Shown piece after piece: positions 1 through 11,611 of a DNA stretch of 64,000 bases; position 1 is the stretch's first letter; every line of letters begins with the position of its first letter. This DNA is from Spizellomyces punctatus DAOM BR117 (taxonomy: Eukaryota), in the NCBI GenBank assembly GCA_000182565.2, contig KQ257450.1; one strand, written 5' to 3'. The position numbers and the translations under genes were made by a program. Under the pieces are notes generated by a model. That model had not been told where the DNA came from and searched no databases. It saw only the letters and a program-made list of their open reading frames with translations.

Positions 1-2154
1 CTTCTACGCAAACCCTGGAAGACAAGGAGATCGTTCCGCAGACTTTGGAGAACAGCGTGGTCCAATTAGATGGGCTCGCGGCGCTGGAAGCCGAGACAAT
101 AGTGGAGGACGGATTAACAGTCGTAACAACAGAGGACGTCTGTCTATCAGCTGTAGATTCTGTGGCATCATCCATAAAGTCAAGCGAACCGCAACCGGGA
201 GAGGGGTTATTTAAGGTTGACACTCGGCCGGCTCTGGGTAATGTCTCAGCGGACTATGGCGAAGAGCGAGGAAATAAGGATGAGTGGAATTGGATCAGTG
301 ACGATGAAAAGCTAGGCGAAAAAGACATAAAGGAGCAACCTAGAGAGCGTCTGCCAACGGGATTAGGTGTTGGAGAAATGGAAGAAATCAGCGAGGATGA
401 GGAGCAGGAAGAAAACATAGATCAACCGTCGACCATATTGTCGAAAACTGTGGAAACTACCATTAAGCCGGTTCCTGAGAGCGAAAGAAGCGTCGCCACT
501 GATGTATCATCCATTTCAACGAAAATCGAAACCGCGTCTGACACTGCCCTTGAAATCAAAAGCGAGAAGATTGAGCTAGTAGAAAAATTGGAATCCGTGA
601 TCGAACCGGCTCTTGAGGTCAAAGAGGAGAGCAAATACGAAGGGGACGCAGATGAGGGAGAAGGAAGTGACTTTGAATTCAGTGATGAGTATGTATGGGT
701 ACCTTTTGTGGCCTCCCGTGTAGATTTTCTGCTGTAAGCCTCCTACTTATGCTCATCCTGTTGGACAAACTAGAGACACATCATCAGATGAAGAAGTTGA
801 ACCCACGTTGAGTCTTCAGGAAAGAGAACGTCGTTTGGTCGCCATGGATGAAAACGGTGGCGATGATGATGACCAACCCTCCGCTACCCGTCTTCGCACA
901 AAAAACGAGCTCGCCGCACTCCCAAAAATAGAGCCCATAACAGAACCGATACCGCAAGATGCTTCGCTTCGCTCCATTGGTACCATCCATTCCACTGTTG
1001 ATGACCTCCTTGTTATCCAATCACCACCTACAGACAATACCGATCGCGTCTTGGACGCAGATACCATTGTTCTGTTCTCGGACAGAACGCCGTTGGGAAG
1101 GATCTTTGAGACTTTTGGACCGGTGACAAAGCCGCTTTACAGCATTAGATTCAATTCAGTCGAGGAGGTGCAGGCGATGCTGGAGAAGAGTGGAACGGGA
1201 ACAGAAGTGTTTGTTGCTGAAGGATTGGAAAAAGTGGTGTTTACTAGGGTTTTGAAAGCATACAAGGGCAGTGATGCTTCTAATATCCACGACGAGGAAG
1301 TTGGTGAAGAGGTAGGTCTTGATGCGACACAGATTGTCTAATTATGAACGATATGTTAACTATTTATGGCAGGAGATGGAGTTTTCCGACGACGAACAAG
1401 AAGCAGAGTTTAAACGTCAACTCAAGTTGAAGCGGAAGCGAGCTGCAAATACACAGGTGGACGGGTACGTATTTCTCATTTACTGCAACGGACGTGCAAT
1501 AGGTTTTCACAGCCCCCTTTCATCAGAAATACCGGTTCTCCGGGACCAGCGGACCAGGCACTTATGGATAATGCGGAGTATCAGATTCTTCAGCGCCCTC
1601 GCGGCCAGCAGCAGGCGCGAGGCCGATCACCTCAAATGTCAAATTACAACAATCGGTACCCTAATTCTGGCGGTTCGCACTCTCATACAAGTTTGAACGA
1701 CGGGTTCAGACGAGGCCGGGGCAGTCATGACGGCGGTTTCAGAGGCCACCATCAACGAGGGGGACGAGGCGGACGGGGTCGCGGAGGATATCAACAGTCA
1801 CGAGGAGGATATGCTCAGTCACATCCATTTCAACAACAAGGTTACCCACAACAATATCCATCTCAAGCTTTCCCACCATACCCTCCCAACCCGATCCCCA
1901 ACCAGCAGCAGCAGCAACTGGCGCTCGCTGCGCTGAGCTTGCTCAACGCAAATAATCCGGCGATGCAGAATATGGGAATGATGGGCGGGTTTGATATTTC
2001 CAGCATGATGGGAATGATGCAAGGGGTGTTGCAACAGCAACAGCAACAGCAGGGAAGTGGAACTGGTCAAAACCAAGGGCAGTCACAAGAACAGCAGCAA
2101 ACGCAGCCGGGTGGGTACGGATACGATCCGAGATTGAATGGTGGAGGTTTGTAA
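1..2154 (+). CDS. NAF1: H/ACA RNP assembly factor Naf1 (5' truncated by the window edge; introns at about 688-773, 1311-1372, 1465-1526)
   Basis: Gar1/Naf1 domain LGRIFETFGPVTKPLYSIRF followed by KGSDASNIHDEEV..EMEFSDDEQE; acidic N-terminus, RGG/Q-rich C-terminus; frame is open back to the window start. Confidence 0.9.
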
Positions 2155-2315
2155 AGATGCAGGTGGTTTATGTAGATAAGTAATAGTTATCGTATATATT
2201 GTATTAATGGTAGAACGCGAAAGAGGTTACTATTTTGTTGCTGCCGGTGATCCCCTTGTTTAGCAATCTACTCTACAACGACGAGGGCACTTCCCCCAAA
2301 GTCCATTCCTTCGAT

Positions 2316-3840
2316 CTACAACTTTCCACCCAGTAATTTGTCTTGCGTTGTTTCAGCACCGTACACCTCACCAAGATCTTCTCCACGAACTCGTCTCACT
2401 AGACGCATGTCAACAAAACGTCCCTTTTCTTTCTTCACCAAAACACGATGCACATCCTGTGAGTCCACCGTCTGTTGAGCTGCCGACGAGTGCAAAGGAT
2501 CACCAGGCAAGACCATGGCTGTTTCTCCTCCCGTTAACAAAGCAGGTTCGGGAAGAATCGGCGCGAGCTCTGCCGAGGTCCTAGATTTTGTTCCAGCTAT
2601 ATAAGATCTCAGATCCGACAACCGTAAGCGTGACAAGGTCAAGAGACTGCAGTATTGCGGTGGAAAAAGATGTACTCCTGAAAAGGAGGAATACCAAAGT
2701 TGTAAAAACCGGTGGGAAAAGCAGTGATATTGATATCAGAGACATAAGCAAACTCACGTCCTTCCCGAAAGGCCTGCAGGGCCTCTTGAGGCGTGAACCA
2801 ATCTAATGCAAGAGTCTCGATCCCGTCAACCACAGGAACCATTTCAGTCGCATGTTCTGCCTCGAGGACCGTAAGAAAGAAATGAGTATCGAATCGAGAC
2901 TTTTCAAAGGCGGGTGTAATCCAGTTGGACCAATGAACGAGTCGTGCGATTTGTGGGTGCGACTTTGTTTGGATGCAGAGGTTGAAAAATTCTTGCGCAG
3001 ATTTGTGGACCTTTTTGAGGAGGGCATATATGGGTTTGATGGCAAGTCTCCAACGGAACATTGCTGACTACACACCGCGTTCCTCCATTTAGATGCGTTT
3101 TCGGCGCTGAGGCGCAGTGGCGGATCTAGCAAGGGAATTCCACATTCCTCATATGTCTATTATATGTAATCGAGTCAGAGCCGTAAAGGCTACACCACGA
3201 TCGCTTGCATCCAGAAACAAACCTCTCGTATGGCAGCGATCCAAAACGACAGCGGAAGCTTCGAGCTAATCTCATAACTGTATCTAGATCCGCACGACTG
3301 TTTGCATATCGTTTTGGCATACCTCTGCGTCTCTGCCTCCTGATGTGGTATTACCTCTTTCCATCGCAAGTCTGCATCAAATGCGTCAACTGCCCCACCT
3401 AATGGTTTGCAATTATCAGCATTGCTCGTCAGGCAAATACATTCTCTCGTCAGTTACCAGGATAAACATGCAGACTTCCGAATGGTCCTCTTGCGTTTCT
3501 GAATAAAAGCAAACAGGTGAGTATAGGGCAAAAACGTGAAGTACTAAGCAGGTACCTCTTCAGCATTAATACACGAAAGTCTGCACCAGGAGAATGCTCT
3601 CCTTGCCGCAGCGGTGCACATATTATGATACTGGCGCATTGGATAGGAATGCAACTTTACTTAGACGTCTATCGCAAGAGTTTAAAATATGAATGTACCT
3701 CGAGGCTGGACGCAAAGGTTTGGACATTGCTGCCAGACCAGAAACATGGTTACCCCTGAGAGTTGAACACCTGGCAATGTTTTAGAAAAGCTCCTGAAGA
3801 TACCTGCAGCACCAGAGAGTAGACGTACAGCACGTTTCAT
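2316..3840 (-). CDS. NUDT19-like Nudix hydrolase (acyl-CoA diphosphatase), multi-exon
   Basis: Spliced Nudix box AAIRE|TYEECG, motif HWSNWITPAFEKSRFDTHF, N-terminal LRPASS..RVLMLKR; ends GKL*. Confidence 0.75.
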
Positions 3841-4083
3841 CAACGTTACGTCTTCCAAAGCCTGACGCCAAGTTCAGTAAGATCAAAAGACGAGATCTTG
3901 CCTCTTTGCAGAGTACACCATCAGCGCACCATGAGTGGTTGTTGCTGACCCATCAATCCAATTGCATTGGATCCGGCGAGCATCTCATCATGGATGACTC
4001 ACTCGATGACTCACCTACCTCTTCATTTCCTGTCCAGTTGCCCCATAACTTTCTCCTCTCCTCGTTAGAATACGGCGGGCAAG

Positions 4084-5235
4084 ATGGCTACATTTCACGA
4101 CGAACGGAGTGTGTGGAACTTTTCAGCAGGACCTGCAGTTATGCCTCAAGTGGTTCTTGAACGCGCTGCTGCCGAACTTCCAAACTGGAACAATACGGGC
4201 ATGTCTGTGATGGAGCTCTCTCACCGTTCACCGGAATTTGAATCCATTCTCGCAAGCGCCGAGTCCGATTTACGGAAGCTGCTCAATATTCCCTCTACCT
4301 ATAAAATACTTTGGATGCAAGGAGGCGCCACCTCCCAGTTCTCGACCCTCTTTTACAACCTGCTAGGGGATCCCACAAAGACGGCTGACTATTTAGTAAC
4401 CGGCGGGTGGTCCGAAAAGGCGATGCAGGAGGCGGCACGGCTAGGTGCTAAGGTGAATGCCGTGGTCAATACGAAGAGTACTGGACACAATGGTGCTGTA
4501 CCACCGCCATCGGAATACAAGTTCACACCTGCGGCCGAGTCCGCATATGTTTATTACTGCGATAACGAAACTGTTCACGGCGTAGAATTTCCTTCGTTCC
4601 CGGAAGGCGTTCCTGAAGGCGTTCCGGTTGTGTGTGATATGTCTTCAAATATTCTGTCAAGGAAGTTTGACGTCACAAAGTACGGAATCATCTTTGCTGG
4701 AGCACAAAAGAACATTGGCCCGGCCGGGGTAACGGTTGTCATCATCCGGGAAGATCTCATCGGAACGCGCATGCACCCCAATTTAAAATGTCCGGTTATG
4801 CTCGACTTCAAAGTTTGTGCCGACAATGGGTCAATGTATAATACTCCTCCCACTTACGGCATCTACATGGCGGGCCTGGTGTTTAAATGGCTACTGGAGA
4901 TTGGAGGAGTGGATGCGATTGAGTCAATCAATGCGCAAAAGAGCGGACGCTTGTACGACGCGATCGATAGCAGCAACGGATTCTATAGATGTCCCGTGCA
5001 AAAAGGGTTCAGGTCGAGAATGAACATCACATTCCGAATTTTTAAGAATGGGGCTGCGTCCAAGGACCTCGAGGCGGATTTCTTAAAAGGGGCAGAGAAA
5101 CTTGGAATGGTACAGCTCAAGGGACATCGTTCGGTTGGTGGTATTCGAGCGTCGCTATATAATGCCATGTCACAGAAAGGAGTAGATGCCTTGATAACTT
5201 ACATGCAGGACTTTGCGCGTCAACACTCAGAATAA
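4084..5235 (+). CDS. SER1: Phosphoserine aminotransferase (intronless, 383 aa)
   Basis: NFSAGPA, MSVMELSHRS, YCDNETVHGVEF, AGAQKNIGPAG (PLP lysine), LKGHRSVGGIRASLYNA. Confidence 0.97.
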   Translation: MATFHDERSVWNFSAGPAVMPQVVLERAAAELPNWNNTGMSVMELSHRSPEFESILASAESDLRKLLNIPSTYKILWMQGGATSQFSTLFYNLLGDPTKTADYLVTGGWSEKAMQEAARLGAKVNAVVNTKSTGHNGAVPPPSEYKFTPAAESAYVYYCDNETVHGVEFPSFPEGVPEGVPVVCDMSSNILSRKFDVTKYGIIFAGAQKNIGPAGVTVVIIREDLIGTRMHPNLKCPVMLDFKVCADNGSMYNTPPTYGIYMAGLVFKWLLEIGGVDAIESINAQKSGRLYDAIDSSNGFYRCPVQKGFRSRMNITFRIFKNGAASKDLEADFLKGAEKLGMVQLKGHRSVGGIRASLYNAMSQKGVDALITYMQDFARQHSE

Positions 5236-5346
5236 TTGTGAAAATAAAATATACGTAGACCGCCCAAGCTCTGTACATACACTCCCAAATCTCTGTAAAT
5301 CACTGATGCATTGAGTATTCTCGGCTCAGTGCAAATTAGAGTATCA

Positions 5347-6401
5347 TTACGAAGAATCCTCCGAATCGCTGTAAGCCCCACCGAGAAGATCTAGTGCGGA
5401 CGTTCCGGGCGGTGGTGGATCATGCGTACGAGAGGCAGTACTACTAGATGTATCCGCCTTTGTTGGCGGCTTTGCATCCTCTGCCTTCTTCCGTTTGACA
5501 ACAACGCCGAGATCGAAACTATTTATCTTTCGTTTTGGCCCTGAAATATGCCAAGGGAATGAGCCCCAACGACTGTTGAATCATTCGCCTAGTAAAGACG
5601 TGTACCTGTACTCAGAAAGTTGTCATTTCCAGTCGCCACAGCATCAGACAGGAGTTTCACTGCTATCTCCTCCCCATCCACATCATCCAGGATCCTCTTT
5701 ACGTTTTCCCCATCAACACTTTGAAATATACTCTTAGCTATCCGATCATCTTCTTCCTCCTGCTCTCTCTTTGATCGCTCTCTTTCTTCCTCTCCCAGCA
5801 GTATGATTTGTTCCAGAACGTTATCTGCATCTACCCGCTCGTTTTTCGCGTTTCGCATTCGTATTTCGTCAAGCGCATCCAAGATATCCATCTCTCTTTT
5901 GGAATCCAGTGTTCGATTTTCCAATGCTTTCATAGGATTATTCTCTTCTGCTTCTGCTCGTTCGGTTTTACGGTCCTCCAAGACCGCAGCATCATCTCGC
6001 CATGGTTCAAAGTTCCGTTGCGCACCGTGTTCCGCCACGTAATCTGCATTCTTGGGATCTGTTTTGAACGTAATCTCCCCGGAGCATCGTGGACATTTAA
6101 TGTAGAAGCGAAAGACCTATATGACAGAAGCGAAACCATATGCGTAAGTCGGACAAAGTCTCTTCACCAAAGGCAAATAACAAACCTGAATGCCCAAATA
6201 GTGTTCCCCATCGACTCGTTCTTTTCTGGCGTTGAATTTTTTGCCCTTGTACACGTACTCTCCACACATGTTGCAACGCATAGAAAATGGTGTCATTAAC
6301 CGAACTTTGTGTTGCTGGTCCTTTGGAAGTTTTCGTCGTGGGATTTTCGACGGGTCAAAGTCCGGGGGGAAGTACTTATTCAGCACTTTACGTTCAGACA
6401 T
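5347..6401 (-). CDS. YJU2: Splicing factor Yju2/CCDC94, multi-exon
   Basis: [69 protein letters not shown]. Confidence 0.93.
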
Positions 6402-6638
6402 ATTGCAGCTCCTTCAGCGTTTACGCAGGTATTTGGATGACTGCCGTGGCTAGCGATGTTTTCAACACTTTTATAGAAGTTGCTTGGAAAGAAGTCCGTG
6501 TTCAGCTGTTGCCTAAGGCTGCTGTTGCCATGGGAATTGAGTCACCTCATTAGTCACTGTCAGCGAGACTCTGCGAGACTTCGAAACCCCGTCGCGCATA
6601 CGGGAAGTTCGGCTAACTTCTTCCCGAGACGAACCCAG

Positions 6639-9419
6639 ATGTATTCCAGAAGTTTGCTACGACGAGCAGGGAGTTCAACCCCGAGTTCAATGCTGCGCGT
6701 TAGCTACGTGAAGAAGTCAGTTTCTTCACCAACCCGCATCTATGCCGGGCAAGGTGTTGGGTCTCCATTTGGACGTTCGACAAACCCCCAGCTGCAGCTG
6801 CTGGGTTCAACCTCCAAAGCACTCGGATATACGTCAGCGCATCCTTCCGTGGTCACAAATGCAAGGCAGCTCCTGTCCTTATCTACTACCTCCAGGATAT
6901 TGCGGGAGCCTGAAGCACCCGCACCTCCGGTTAACACCAAACCACCGAAGCAGGAAACTCCAGTGGAGAAGGCAATTCGCGAGGCAAAGGACGAGCAAGT
7001 TGCCGCTGCTAGTGTCCTAGCTGCTGCTGCTGCCGCGGGGGCCGCAGGGCCTGCCGTGGAATCCACGCAGAATACGGTACAGGTAGCTCCAAAGAAACCC
7101 CTTACCGTTCGCATCAAGGAGGAGCTACTCCATTACTGGCATGGGACAAAGTTGCTTGGTGCTGAGATTAGCATTTCTAGTCGATTACTTGTGAAGCTAT
7201 TGCGAGGAAACCGACTATCTAGAAGGGAGCACAGACAGGTATATCGTGTGTTTACTGTACACAGACTGTATCGCAAGATCCTGATGGTTGCCATTTTCCG
7301 CTTTGCCATTATTTTCATTGGCATGCAGCTCAAACGGACAACGAGTGACCTGATTAGGCTAGTTCCGTTTATCATCATCCTGCTGATCCCTTTCATGGAG
7401 TTGGCGCTTCCAGTCTTATTGAAGCTTTTCCCTAATATGCTACCTAGTACCTTTGAAAGCAAGTTCCAGGAGGTATGCAATTTAACAAAGATTGCCGCAG
7501 TACGTAATTATTGCTACAACTGTTATCTCTTAGGAGGAGAAAAAGAAGAAGCTGTTGAAAATGCGGCTTGAAATGGCGAGGTTCCTGCAAGAGACCGTGG
7601 AAGATGTCTCAGTATCAGGAACGTCAGGAGCGGATGCAGCGAAAGAGTTTAGTCAGTTCTTTAACAAGGTAGCTACGACTTGTCCATAGAGTTTATTGCC
7701 CTCCTCTGTTTTACACCTACGATATTGGTAGTGTCGATCGAGCGGTCAACCTGTACCAACCGAGGAAATTCTGCGCATAGCCAAGAAGTTCCCTGACTCG
7801 CTTACACTGAACAACTTATCGCGGCCTCAGCTTGTGAGCATGGCGAAGTACATGAACATTCAAGCATTTGGCACCGATACGTTCTTGCGCCATCAAATTG
7901 AAAGGCGTCTTCGGTATCTCGAAGAGGATGACAAGGTGCTTGTCATCCATCCGAAAGATTCCTTTCGATTTCTTCTGACCTAATTTCTCCAAAGGTTATC
8001 ATGGCTGAGGGCGGTGTTGATAAACTTTCGATCCCTGAACTGCAGCAAGTGGCCATCTCACGTGGTATTAGGACGACCGGCGTGTCTCCGGCACGAATGC
8101 GGGCAGAACTGGAACAATGGCTTGATCTCCATCTGAATCACAATATCTCATCGTCTCTATTGGTATTATCACGGGCTTTCCAAATGCAAGAACGGATACC
8201 ATCGGATAAGGATGAGGCTCTTAAAGGCAATGCCGAAGCCCTGCAGGCTACGCTCTCATCCCTACCTCACCAGGTAGTGAACGAAGCGCAACTACAAATT
8301 TCGGAAGCCGAGGGATCTGCGACATACAAGCAACGTCTGGATGTACTTCAGGAGCAGGAGGAGTTAATCCAGGATGAATTGGAGCAAGAAGCTGTACGTA
8401 TGGGAAGGGAAAAGTCTCATGTCTCATAAATGCTAACATTGGTGCATTGCGTTAGGCGATTGCGGCCGCGAAGCGGGCTAAGGAGGAGGAGGAAGCCGCA
8501 TTGAAACAAGCCAAAGAAGAACAGGAAGCGGCGTCAAAGAAAACCGCCGAAGTGGAACAGAAGGCAGCGGTGCCAGTGGAGGAGACAAAAGAGGTTCGCT
8601 GTGATTCAATGCAGTGTAAGTTTGGCGATAAATTGACTTCCTTTCCTACTACAGGCTGTTCCAGAAGTTAAAGCGCCAACTGTCGAAGAGGAAGGATTGC
8701 AAATCTCCGATGAGGAACTACAGAGGTTGAGTGATGCTTTGAAGACTCTTACGAAAGTATCCGCGCTTGAGGACGTAAAGGAGAAGCTTTCAGAACTCAA
8801 AGAAGGCCGCAAAGAATTCAAAGAGGTAGGTTTTCTATTGAGCTCCTTTTCTCTTGTAGATATTCACCGGTTCCCGCGTTAGGACATTGAGGAGCTCAAG
8901 CAAGTGACGCAAAAGGAGCCAGCCAAAGCCTCTAACCGTCTTGGCCAACGGATTGACAAAATGGTCGACAAGATTGAACAAGAATTGGCAAAGTACGACG
9001 AAGAGATTGGATCCAGTCTCAACCTTGTGAGACCGAACGAGGAAGGCAAAATTACAATTGCAGACCTTGAAGAAGCACTAAAAGTAATCCGAGACCATCC
9101 AGATGATGAGCGTATCAAAAAAATTGTCGTTAAACTTGACGCAGACGGGGACGGTGTTGTAGCTATGGATGAGATCTTGCATTTGGCGGATGAGGCAGAG
9201 AAAGAGGGACATGGAGAGATTATTGGAGAGATCAAACGGGTAGCAGCGGAAGGGAAGAAATTATCCGAACAAGCCGTAGAGCAAATCATACAAATTCAGC
9301 ACACAGTAGCAGACGAGAAGGCAGCTGCCGCTGCTGTGGCGAAGGCGGCCGAGAATCCCGAGCGAGCCCGTGCCCAACAGGATCAAGCAAGGGTTCCGGA
9401 GACAACGAAATCCTCATAA
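6639..9419 (+). CDS. MDM38: Mitochondrial inner-membrane LETM1/Mdm38 protein with C-terminal EF-hand-like region, multi-exon
   Basis: Presequence-like N-terminus, HYWHGTKLLG, DLIRLVPF..PFMELALPVLLKLFPNMLPSTF, LDADGDGVV EF-hand loop. Confidence 0.92.
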
Positions 9420-9780
9420 AAGATCAGGTGGGCGATAATCATTTACATAGGAAGAGCCGAGTAGTGTAAGACCGTACGGTGGACTTCGTTTGGCGAGTGA
9501 CGTCCGCTTTCATTCAGCATGCTGCTTGTACCAGCTTTCCAGATCATCCATGTCACATATAGACGAGCCTTGGGTTCAGTGCAATTCTATTCTAGATTGC
9601 GATAATATATTTACATACGCATTGCAAATGGTTATGTTACAGTGCTTTACTAGGGGATCTGAATATGCTCTTTATGATTACGCGAATCCGCGGAGGAGTT
9701 GGACATACGCATCGGGAAGGGGTTCGGACGATGTGGCAGCAACCGTGCATATGTCTATACAACCTGCTTTCCGATCCGTT

Positions 9781-11236
9781 TCAATTCTTCCGAGCTCTTG
9801 AGCTGACCGCTTGGGTATTCAAAAGATTAATCGCTATCAAACAGCATAACCTGTCCAGTTTGAAGATGAAGCTTACCATGCGGCCAGAATATCTTGTCCG
9901 CGTGGAGTCCGAACGTGACAAGGGATATTATGATCCTGGATGCATTTCGAGAAGCGCTATATATAACAAACACCATAAGATTGAATGTGCTAAAGCTGAT
10001 TCGTGTGACAAGATTTACCTGTATCACTTGGTCTGATGACGGTTCGTACTGTGATCCAGGCCAGGGATTGAATGGTATCAAGTTGACGTGCGAAGGCAGA
10101 CCGCCTATGAGTTTCACAAGCTGCCGAGCATCCGCCATCGAATCATTGATTCCGTCTAGCATTACATACTCAAAGGTGATTCTTCGATGTCTACTCGTTG
10201 GGGGCATGTGGTCCAGGTATCTTTTACATCCAGCGAGGACTTCTTTGATCGGATATTGCTTATTGAGTGGAACCAGAACATCACGTAATGCATCATTCAC
10301 AGCATGTAGTGAAACGGCCAGTCCGCAACCCAAATCCTTTCCAACACGCTCCATCAACGGTGCGACACCCGATGTACTGAGAGTTATTCTCCATGGAGAC
10401 AGTCCAAGAGCGGAGGGAGAAGTGAGGATAGAGATGGCTGCCGAAACATTCCGGAAATTGAGCAGTGGTTCTCCTTGGCCCATCATCACGACGTTGGATA
10501 TTTTGCGTGGTTTGCCCGGATTGAGAGGAAAGTCCCCTACAGAGCGCATTGCATGCATCACTTGAAAGAGTATCTCGTTACTCGACAGATTTCGGAGGAG
10601 TTTCTGCGTCCCTGTATGGCAGAAGCTAGGAGTGCCCTGTCAATCCCGAGAATGTGCCGTTGGTTGGCCCATATGCACGTACCTGCAAGCCAAGGAGCAT
10701 CCGACTTGTGAGCTTACGCAAACTGTTCCATTATCCCCATGCTGGCTTGGTATTATGACTGTTTCGACCTCGGCACGTCCCCCAAAATTCAACAACCACT
10801 TTCGCGTACCGTCCTTCGATATACAGTCCTTCTTGACTGTACCAACTCCCAACTCACAAGAGTTTGCCAGAGCTTCTCTCATATCCTTTCTCAGTGAAGT
10901 CATCTCATCGAAGCTCTCTACGCCTCGTCTATATAGAAACCGCCATATCTGATCTACCACGTATGGGCGCTGAGATATTACATTCTGAATTTTCGCTGGA
11001 AGCAGGTCCCCAACCAACAAGTCCTTCAGCTTGTCCTTTGGTAGGCCCAAAAGCGGTGGTTTCTGCGGTATCGGCGGACGACGCTTGACTGAACGCAGGG
11101 CAGGCTCATGGGACACAGACGTGAATGTTTGCGAAAATTGTGTGGGTATTGAGCGATCGGGTGGGAAAGGTGACCATTGGACTGCCAACCTAACATACAG
11201 CGCCTGTCGCTGTCCTCTGATTCGCGAGAGTCTCAT
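9781..11236 (-). CDS. rlmN: RlmN/Cfr-family radical-SAM RNA methyltransferase with 3 introns, probably mitochondrial
   Basis: SKDGTRKWL, TVCVSSQVGCSLAC|SFCHTG (CxxxCxxC split by an intron), NVVMMGQGEPLLN, LAVSLHA, ITFEYVML, NLIPFNP, RGQDILAAC|GQL; R-rich N-terminal extension. Confidence 0.9.
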
Positions 11237-11611
11237 TGCTGCAATTATCGTCGTGGCAGAACGAAAAGTCTGCTCTTCAGGCTGCGTGTGGTTTGATCCA
11301 CAAAGCACGTGACTAGCAACTTTGAGAAGAACATGATATGCCAACAGAGCCTGCATAAGGCAGCGCAGCTCCATCCTCGGCATGTCACTTGTTTTTTTGC
11401 GTGCATTTTGGCATATCCTCAAAGTGATGACGCTTTGACAAACCAACCTCTAGAATAATGATAGCCAACTTTTTCCAACCGGCTTTCACTTGCCATTGCA
11501 GTTGCGCGTAGCTAAGCACGACACGTGACTTTCAACTTTTGTGACGAGCTGCGTCCGTGACAAAGCTTGCCGAGAGGCCTGCCGTGAGTTGTGCCTGCCC
11601 TGAAAGTGACG

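Noticed and set aside
1564-2154. CAG/CAA repeats and RGG tracts as a separate gene or repeat element
   Set aside because: They form the low-complexity last exon of NAF1
4084-5235. Intronless SER1 as bacterial contamination or recent horizontal transfer
   Set aside because: Embedded among intron-rich genes with similar composition; lack of introns alone is not evidence
9894-10565. Long antisense ORFs (also 62008-62715 and 52485-53084)
   Set aside because: Shadows of well-supported genes on the opposite strand
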